From IMG/VR virus record IMGVR_UViG_3300045988_039580: a DNA stretch of 39,628 nucleotides; one strand, written 5' to 3'. Positions 34,931-39,628 of the stretch are shown piece after piece (the stretch's first letter is position 1; every line of letters begins with the position of its first letter). Under the pieces are notes generated by a model that saw only the letters and a list, made by a program, of their open reading frames with translations, was not told where the DNA came from and did not search any database. The position numbers were made by a program, and so were the translations under genes. This DNA is from a virus.

Positions 34931-35149
34931 TTAAAGCATTTGATAGATCATGATCCAAACCGCTACGATTAGCGATATGATCAGGATTACGAGCGCCATG
35001 TTTAGCGCTGTTACTAGTCCAGATCTGAATTTCTGTTTTCTGATTCTTTTTTGTTCTGCATAGAATGCTTCCAGTCTTAATCGTTCTCCGTGAAGGTTGA
35101 TACCCTCCGCAAAGTCTGGAAGCTCAGCGCCTGTTGTTTTGTGTTCCAT
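34931..35149 (-). CDS. Tail-anchored small membrane protein
   Basis: 72 aa. C-terminal TM LVTALNMALVILIISLIVAVWIMIY. Confidence 0.6.
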   Translation of the reverse strand: MEHKTTGAELPDFAEGINLHGERLRLEAFYAEQKRIRKQKFRSGLVTALNMALVILIISLIVAVWIMIYQML

Positions 35150-35167
35150 TTCTCTTTCTTCCTTTCG

Positions 35168-35176
35168 TGTTACAAT
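35168..35176 (+). promoter_or_regulatory. Extended -10 promoter (TGtTACAAT) for the DUF2513 gene
   Basis: Read directly. Lies about 11 nt upstream of the AAGGAGG RBS. Confidence 0.5.
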
Positions 35177-35200
35177 CTCCTATGAAAGGAGGTTAATCGT

Positions 35201-35569
35201 TTGAAGTTAAATCATGATTTAGTTCGGTTGCTCCTACTTGAGATAGAAGATAAAACCGGACCGTATGATTCTTTAGAAGTCCCTGAAATTTCTATAGCTG
35301 AATATACTGAAGACGAGGTCTTTTATACTGCTGAGCGTCTTTTAGAGGCGGGCTATATCAAGGCCCAACTTGAACCTACACAGATAAGTCACAGCCGATG
35401 TATCTATTCTTTGACTTGGGAAGGTCATAAATATTTGGATATCGTCCGAGATAAAGATGTATGGAAACAAACGCGTATAGTTATTAAAAAGTTTTCGTCT
35501 GTATCCTTCAGCCTTGCTTGCAGAATTGCTGAGCAGATTCTTCTAGATAAAATCAGAGGCACATATTAA
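35201..35569 (+). CDS. DUF2513-family (winged-helix-like) protein
   Basis: 122 aa. N-terminus MKLNHDLVRLLLLEIEDK... and ...LTWEGHKYLD fit the DUF2513 pattern. TTG start 8 nt after AAGGAGG. Confidence 0.65.
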   Translation: MKLNHDLVRLLLLEIEDKTGPYDSLEVPEISIAEYTEDEVFYTAERLLEAGYIKAQLEPTQISHSRCIYSLTWEGHKYLDIVRDKDVWKQTRIVIKKFSSVSFSLACRIAEQILLDKIRGTY

Positions 35570-35597
35570 GGTTCCTATTTTTGGGAATCCTTTTTTT
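35569..35597 (+). terminator. Plus-strand terminator for the DUF2513 gene
   Basis: AGGTTCC-loop-GGAA(T)CCT (one bulge) followed by TTTTTTT. Confidence 0.55.
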
Positions 35598-35712
35598 CTT
35601 TTAGTCCTTTGATAGTTCCCCTAACGGCTCCTATCGCAAGACCGAAAATGATAGGTACTAGGATCATTATTCCCAGTATACTTAGCAATCCGAAAAATAT
35701 ATTTTCCAGCAT
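35575..35712 (-). CDS. Small membrane protein (below the ORF-track cutoff)
   Basis: 45 aa, MLENIFFGLLSILGIMILVPIIFGLAIGAVRGTIKGLKEKKDSQK. Its ATG abuts the upstream stop (TAGATG). Confidence 0.55.
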   Translation of the reverse strand: MLENIFFGLLSILGIMILVPIIFGLAIGAVRGTIKGLKEKKDSQK

Positions 35713-35901
35713 CTACTTCACCTCCTCCTGTTTCTCTGGTTCCTTGGCTGCTGGTGCTGCCAGTGCTGCTGGTGCCGTGTTCATTTGTAGGCCTGTCAGC
35801 ATTCCTTCTAGGAAAGCTCGGGGCTCACCCTTTAGAGCTTTTACGTCGTCCAGTAATAAGTTTGCATTTGCTTTTGCTTTGTTACGATCTTCTATTTTCA
35901 T
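35713..35901 (-). CDS. First early-operon protein, unknown function
   Basis: Start refined to the ATG at 35901 (GAGGTG RBS 9 nt upstream), giving 62 aa. Ala/Pro-rich acidic tail. Confidence 0.6.
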   Translation of the reverse strand: MKIEDRNKAKANANLLLDDVKALKGEPRAFLEGMLTGLQMNTAPAALAAPAAKEPEKQEEVK

Positions 35902-35943
35902 GTTTTCTATCACCTCAACTTTCTATTTTCAAGTTCTGATGCT

Positions 35944-35972
35944 ATATTACTTTACTTTTTAATGTTTGTCAA
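35944..35972 (-). promoter_or_regulatory. Early (lytic) promoter TTGACA-17 nt-TAATAT
   Basis: -35 at 35972..35967 and -10 at 35949..35944 on the minus strand. Divergent from the XRE gene. Confidence 0.65.
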
Positions 35973-35978
35973 CAAAAG

Positions 35979-35995
35979 ACTTTAAATTTTAAAGT
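35979..35995. promoter_or_regulatory. 17-bp perfect palindrome ACTTTAAA-T-TTTAAAGT (operator candidate)
   Basis: Read directly. Lies between the divergent early promoter and the XRE gene. Confidence 0.55.
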
Positions 35996-36028
35996 TTTTA
36001 TATTATACTTTTGTCAGGAGGTAAAAAG

Positions 36029-36382
36029 ATGTTAGGAAATAGAATAAAAGAAATCCGAAAAGGCTTAGGCCTTACAATGAAGGCGTTCGGTAATTCTCTG
36101 GGCTTGTCTGAATCGGCTATTAGTCGAATAGAGTCTGGATCAGCGAACCCGTCCGACGGAATTGTTAAATTGATATGCTCTAAATATCATGTGGATTACT
36201 TCTGGCTAACGGAAGGAATAGGCGAACCATTCCTAGATGATATGGACGCCATAGTAGATGAGCTAGCAGCCGAGAAAGGCTACGATGCTAAAACAGTAGA
36301 ATTGGTAAAAAGGCTCTTTTCTCTTCCAGAGGAACAGTTCAATTTAGTTATGCAAGTTATTGAAAACTTAAAAGACGAGTAA
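36029..36382 (+). CDS. XRE-family HTH repressor
   Basis: Start refined to the ATG at 36029 (AGGAGG RBS), giving 117 aa. IKEIRKGLGLTMKAFGNSLGLSESAISRIESG is a classic HTH_3. Confidence 0.85.
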   Translation: MLGNRIKEIRKGLGLTMKAFGNSLGLSESAISRIESGSANPSDGIVKLICSKYHVDYFWLTEGIGEPFLDDMDAIVDELAAEKGYDAKTVELVKRLFSLPEEQFNLVMQVIENLKDE

Positions 36383-36410
36383 TCCTGTTTAGGTTAGTTA
36401 CTCGTCTTTT
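36371..36410. terminator. Bidirectional intrinsic terminator
   Basis: 12-bp stem AAAGACGAGTAA / TTACTCGTCTTT, flanked by an A-run upstream and a T-run downstream. Confidence 0.7.
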
Positions 36411-36460
36411 ATAAAAAGAAAAACGCAGAACCTGTTTCCAAGTCCTGCATTCTTCCGTGT

Positions 36461-36473
36461 GTGTTCTATTGCT
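36461..36473. repeat. Copy 3 of exact 13-mer GTGTTCTATTGCT
   Basis: Read directly. Followed by a second GTGTTC 7 nt later. Confidence 0.9.
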
Positions 36474-36631
36474 GTGTTCCGTGTCTGATCCAGATTCTTT
36501 GTAGGATTTTATAGGCCTGTTCAAGGCCCTCCTGGTCCATGGTCTGGAGCATGAATTCGATTTTCTTTTTGAGTTCCTCTATCCCATTTCTTTTCCCTTC
36601 TTCCTTAAAAGTTCTTTTCCTAATTGCCTAC

Positions 36632-36660
36632 AGTTTACAGCTACGAACGTATTTTGTCAA
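36632..36660 (-). promoter_or_regulatory. Orphan minus-strand promoter TTGACA-17 nt-TAAACT in the XRE/CI intergenic region
   Basis: Perfect -35 at 36660..36655 and -10 at 36637..36632. It points toward the bidirectional terminator, and no ORF longer than 28 aa lies between them. Confidence 0.55.
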
Positions 36661-36741
36661 ACTTTTACGGTTATTATTCTGTATTTTTTATTATTTACTT
36701 TTTGAACCTAAAAGATTAATATAAACCTAGGAGGTGTAATT

Positions 36742-37362
36742 ATGAGTAAATTGAATGAAGTTTTATCTTCCAAGCTCCCTGAGCTGATGAAAGAGTCTGG
36801 TGTCAGTCGTAGAGATTTGGCCGAGTATTGTGGCGTTTCTTATAACACTGTACGGTGTTGGGAGGTTGGCACTAAAGCACCAAGGCCAGATATGGTTGTA
36901 AAAATTGCAGAGCGCTTCAACCTGAAACCTTTTGATCTGATGAGCGCGGCCTTTGAAGATTCTGCAGTAAGGCCCGTTCGTTTTCTGTCCCTGGTTGACG
37001 AGGACGGGTCTGTATCTAAGTCGAATAGCTCGTCAGTCTTCACTTCTACGGCTACAGATGTTACAGCGGATTATATTTATGTTATGCCCGATGAAACTAT
37101 GTATAAGGCGGATATTATCAAGGGCGACATCTGCCTGATCCGTGCCACAGGTGCTATTCGTGCTGGTGTGCCTATGCTAGTAAAATATCAAGGTAAAGCT
37201 ATGCTGCGCTTTATTATTACGCATAACGAAACGAATCAGATTGCTTTACGTACTGCCAGTCCGTATGCGATTGGGACTCTCTTCTCAACGTCCGACTTTC
37301 ATGATCAGGTTCAAGTGTTGGGCGTTTTAGTCGCTTTTCGTAGAAATTATAAAAGAAGGTAA
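36742..37362 (+). CDS. CI/LexA-like repressor: N-terminal HTH plus C-terminal S24-like domain with substituted catalytic dyad
   Basis: 206 aa. HTH VSRRDLAEYCGVSYNTVRCWEVG. S24-like YVMPDETMYKADIIKGD...GKAMLRFI, with Thr119 and Arg156 where Ser and Lys are expected. Confidence 0.75.
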   Translation: MSKLNEVLSSKLPELMKESGVSRRDLAEYCGVSYNTVRCWEVGTKAPRPDMVVKIAERFNLKPFDLMSAAFEDSAVRPVRFLSLVDEDGSVSKSNSSSVFTSTATDVTADYIYVMPDETMYKADIIKGDICLIRATGAIRAGVPMLVKYQGKAMLRFIITHNETNQIALRTASPYAIGTLFSTSDFHDQVQVLGVLVAFRRNYKRR

Positions 37363-37368
37363 TCTCCT

Positions 37369-38475
37369 ATGGCTCAGCAAAAGGACACAAAAAGGGGAAC
37401 CTGGATGTTCTATGGTTCCTGTAAAGATATTACCGGAAAGACTCAGCGATATTGTCGTCGAGGTTTCAAAACAAAAAAGGAAGCAAAAGAAGCCGAGTTT
37501 GCCTTCCGTCTGGAAATGACTACCGCTCGGCCTTCTATAACCTTAAATGAAATGTTTCAGGTATACTGCAAAAACGCAGAGAATATGTCCGTAAAAGGAT
37601 CCACTCTCTATACGCACGAACATACTTATAGAAATCACATCCAGGATGATTTGGGAAGCTTGAAGCTTACGGCGCTTACGACTCCCGTTCTGGATCAGTG
37701 GAGAAACCGTCTGCTTCAAAAGAAAAAACCAAACGGTCAGCTTTATGCAGCCCCCACTTTAAATGGCATTTTAGATACACTTTCCGTTATTCTTTCCTAT
37801 TCCGTTAGACTTGGATATCTTGAAGTCAACCCGTGCAGATCTTTGCCTATCGTGAAAGATAAACGGAACCTGAAGGACCAGAGTCTGTTATTCTGGGAGC
37901 AGGAAACCTTTACTTATTTTATATCCTGCGTGGACGACCCGTATTGGCGTGATGTCTTTATGTTTATGTATGGCACTGGTGTCCGTAAATCTGAAATGTT
38001 TGCCCTCCAATGGTCGGATGTTGATCTAGGCAGAGGCCGGGTGCATATTTCAAAAACATTAACTATAAAAACAGAATCGGCTCCGTGGGAGATTACTCCA
38101 CCTAAATCTAAAAACTCAAACAGATATATTGATCTACAGGATACCCTTCTAGATTGCCTAAGGCGTCGCTATAGCGAGCAACAAAAGAAGGACGGGTTCT
38201 CGTCCTCCTGGTTTGTGTTTGGCCATATAAAGCCACTTCTGGCGCCCAGACTGGCTGTTGCTTTGAAGAGATATATCCAGGCTGCTGGTGTTCCGCCTAT
38301 CTCCCCTCATGGCTTTAGACACTCTCATGCGACTCTGCTGATTCGTGCCGGTGTAGATGATCAGCTGATCGCAGAAAGGCTAGGGCACTCTGTTAGTGAA
38401 TTAAGAAAAACTTATGCGCATATATACTCCGAATCTAGGCGTGAAATGCTGGATAAATTGAACAAAATTTTATAA
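37369..38475 (+). CDS. int: Tyrosine integrase
   Basis: 368 aa. ...GVRKSEMFALQWSDV..., HGFRHSHATLL, LGHSVSELRKTYAHIY (R-H-R-Y catalytic set). Confidence 0.95.
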   Translation: MAQQKDTKRGTWMFYGSCKDITGKTQRYCRRGFKTKKEAKEAEFAFRLEMTTARPSITLNEMFQVYCKNAENMSVKGSTLYTHEHTYRNHIQDDLGSLKLTALTTPVLDQWRNRLLQKKKPNGQLYAAPTLNGILDTLSVILSYSVRLGYLEVNPCRSLPIVKDKRNLKDQSLLFWEQETFTYFISCVDDPYWRDVFMFMYGTGVRKSEMFALQWSDVDLGRGRVHISKTLTIKTESAPWEITPPKSKNSNRYIDLQDTLLDCLRRRYSEQQKKDGFSSSWFVFGHIKPLLAPRLAVALKRYIQAAGVPPISPHGFRHSHATLLIRAGVDDQLIAERLGHSVSELRKTYAHIYSESRREMLDKLNKIL

Positions 38476-38480
38476 AAAAA

Positions 38481-38500
38481 ATACATCAAAAACACATCAC
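38481..38500 (+). repeat. 20-nt direct repeat ATACATCAAAAACACATCAC (partner at 38663..38682, 1 mismatch)
   Basis: Read directly. The pair flanks the putative attP region. Confidence 0.85.
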
Positions 38501-38501
38501 G

Positions 38502-38545
38502 AAGTAGCTAGGTGCCTTATATATAGGCGTTTTAGCTACTTTTTC
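38502..38545 (+). terminator. Integrase terminator
   Basis: 9-bp stem AAGTAGCTA / TAGCTACTT with an inner GCCT/AGGC helix, followed by TTTTC. Confidence 0.6.
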
Positions 38546-38662
38546 TCTATGTTAAACCTTTAATGCTTGTGTTTCCTTATGTCTCGTTTTGTTTTATCTA
38601 TATCCGTTTTGACTGCTTTTGTTGCTTACTGTTCTTTCTTGATTCTAGAACTTTTAGTCTCT

Positions 38663-38682
38663 ATACATCAAAAATACATCAC
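38663..38682 (+). repeat. 20-nt direct repeat ATACATCAAAAATACATCAC
   Basis: Read directly. Confidence 0.85.
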
Positions 38683-38694
38683 AAGAAAAGGGGC

Positions 38695-38889
38695 CTACTC
38701 GGCCTCTTTCTTTTGTCGTTCTATGTCTTCCCTGATCAGGTCTTTTAGATATCTGTTGACGCTCTCCTTTGTTCCTAGATATTCCAGAATGTCTGCGTCA
38801 TGTTTTAGATGAAGCCTGAAGGTCTTGATCTTGTAAGTTTTATCGCTCCATTTTTGATTTGCTCTTTTTCTTGCCTCTGATACTGCCAT
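38695..38889 (-). CDS. Ribbon-helix-helix (Arc/CopG-like) DNA-binding protein
   Basis: 64 aa. KTYKIKTFRLHLKHDADILEYLGTKESVNRYLKDLIREDIE fits a strand-helix-helix layout. GAGGAG RBS. Confidence 0.65.
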   Translation of the reverse strand: MAVSEARKRANQKWSDKTYKIKTFRLHLKHDADILEYLGTKESVNRYLKDLIREDIERQKKEAE

Positions 38890-38912
38890 GTGTTCTATCT
38901 CCTCTACTCTTA

Positions 38913-39140
38913 TTATATATTTAGCATCTGGATCATTTCAACTTCTTCTTGTAACCCCTCGATATTCTCGAGGGCTCTTTGTGCTGTGTCTACTGCTTCT
39001 CGAACTGTGTCCCAGTCTTCTCCTTCAGGTTCATTGTTTAGAATGTTTACAGCTTCCGCTATGGCTTCTTTGTATGTACTTTGTATCCACTCTATTTCCT
39101 TTTTTCTACGATCCAATAAATCTTTTGTAATAGCATCCAT
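38913..39140 (-). CDS. Small acidic helical protein, unknown function
   Basis: 75 aa. Tightly packed in the operon. Confidence 0.6.
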   Translation of the reverse strand: MDAITKDLLDRRKKEIEWIQSTYKEAIAEAVNILNNEPEGEDWDTVREAVDTAQRALENIEGLQEEVEMIQMLNI

Positions 39141-39143
39141 GTT

Positions 39144-39305
39144 CTATTCCTCTATTATTTCCATGATTACGTCCAAGGCGTCTTCATCGCAATTGTGCTT
39201 GTATAGCCAGCTTTCTATTTCTTTTAGAGTCATCATGTGTCTATCGTAATACAATTGATCCAGCACTTCTTCCTTTAGTCTCATTGCTGCTTCTTCTCTA
39301 GTCAT
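39144..39305 (-). CDS. Small acidic protein (below the ORF-track cutoff)
   Basis: 53 aa, MTREEAAMRLKEEVLDQLYYDRHMMTLKEIESWLYKHNCDEDALDVIMEIIEE. Exactly fills the gap between neighbours (1-nt and 3-nt spacers). Confidence 0.55.
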   Translation of the reverse strand: MTREEAAMRLKEEVLDQLYYDRHMMTLKEIESWLYKHNCDEDALDVIMEIIEE

Positions 39306-39306
39306 A

Positions 39307-39528
39307 TTAAGCTTCCTCCTGTAGTGTTCTAATTTGGCGTTGTGATTCTTGAATCAATGTTTCATATACGTCTGCTTCGTAAGCTAATTTTCTGATTTTT
39401 CCGAAGTCAATGTCTCTTTCTTCTCTTTCGATTGCGTTTAGTTCGTATTGAATTTCCTTTGCGATTCTTGTTTGTTCTTCAATCCAGTTTTGAATTCTAG
39501 TTTCTAGTGTTTCGATTTCTGTTTTCAT
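39307..39528 (-). CDS. Small coiled-coil protein, unknown function
   Basis: 73 aa. First gene after the promoter in the terminal repeat. Confidence 0.6.
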   Translation of the reverse strand: MKTEIETLETRIQNWIEEQTRIAKEIQYELNAIEREERDIDFGKIRKLAYEADVYETLIQESQRQIRTLQEEA

Positions 39529-39553
39529 TGTGTTCTATCTCTCTTTCTTTTTA

Positions 39554-39628
39554 CACTCACATTGTAATGTATTACAGTTCATAAAGCAAGCAAAAAAGCG
39601 ATAAATAAAGCATAAAATAAAAAAAAAG
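39554..39628. repeat. 75-bp direct terminal repeat, right copy
   Basis: Identical to 1..75. Confidence 0.95.
39561..39589 (-). promoter_or_regulatory. Promoter TTGCTT-17 nt-TACAAT with 14-bp palindrome TGTAAT-GT-ATTACA (39563..39576) overlapping the -10
   Basis: -35 at 39589..39584 and -10 at 39566..39561 on the minus strand. Same sequence at 8..36. Lies immediately downstream of the late terminator on the circular map. Confidence 0.55.

Larger units (their letters stand above)
1..39628. mobile_element. Complete temperate siphovirus-like phage genome (circularly closed contig)
   Basis: Integrase and repressors, replication module, terminase-portal-capsid-tail-lysis order, 786-aa tape measure, and identical 75-bp ends. 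Confidence 0.9.

Noticed and set aside
34623-34958. 111-aa minus-strand ORF in an alternative frame overlapping 34655..34915
   Set aside because: The Arg/Lys-rich, low-complexity translation is fully overlapped by the HTH-like ORF, which has a proper RBS.
38563-38812. Plus-strand ORFs (61 and 81 aa) in the attP region, and 38888..39249 plus-strand ORFs
   Set aside because: They give Phe/Leu/Ser/Cys-rich translations of AT-rich non-coding DNA or of the antisense of the small-gene operon. None has an RBS.
1-39628. tRNA, rRNA or tmRNA genes
   Set aside because: I found no cloverleaf-like segments with T-loop GTTCRANNC signatures in any intergenic region. This was not checked with a covariance-model tool.

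Overview
The window is a complete temperate siphovirus-like phage genome. Bases 1..75 are identical to 39554..39628, so the unit length is 39,553 bp, most likely a circular-assembly overlap. Gene content (XkdX, YjcQ, r1t-type holin, M23+SH3b lysin, MuF) points to a Firmicutes/Clostridia-type host.

Almost all genes are on the minus strand. Read in the direction of transcription (high to low coordinates):
- Early promoter at about 35.95 kb, followed by small early genes.
- Replication module: DUF2800 nuclease, DUF2815 SSB-like protein, family A DNA polymerase, AEP/VirE primase-helicase, an iteron-rich putative origin, MazG, a Zn-ribbon protein, VRR-NUC and an SNF2 helicase.
- A sigma-r4-like putative late regulator, then a highly structured leader ending in an intrinsic terminator.
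- ParB-methyltransferase, TerS, TerL, portal, a MuF head-morphogenesis protein with a C-terminal toxin-like extension, two small genes, then a terminator.
- Scaffold, major capsid, head-tail joining genes, tail tube, chaperone, Gp15-like protein, tape measure, Dit, Tal and a tail-fibre block ending in XkdX.
- A terminator, the endolysin, a five-gene cassette of unknown function, another terminator, the holin, an XhlA-like protein and a strong final terminator.

Between that final terminator and the attP region lies a self-contained operon with its own promoter and palindromic operator, three small helical ORFs (two strongly acidic) and an RHH protein. The plus strand carries the lysogeny block: a DUF2513 gene, an XRE repressor, a CI/S24-like repressor and a tyrosine integrase.

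Most interesting leads:
- the acr/aca-like operon next to attP;
- the cassette inserted between endolysin and holin (C1q/BclA-like protein, Q/N/Cys/Tyr-rich membrane protein, Q-rich proteins);
- the MuF-toxin fusion with a candidate immunity gene;
- a predicted ~56-nt plus-strand sRNA whose 5' end is a 13-mer found three times in the genome and complementary to several translation-initiation regions;
- an orphan promoter/terminator-bounded transcript inside the immunity region;
- terminator-punctuated late genes, which implies antitermination.

All family assignments come from motif recognition by eye. None has been checked by a search.
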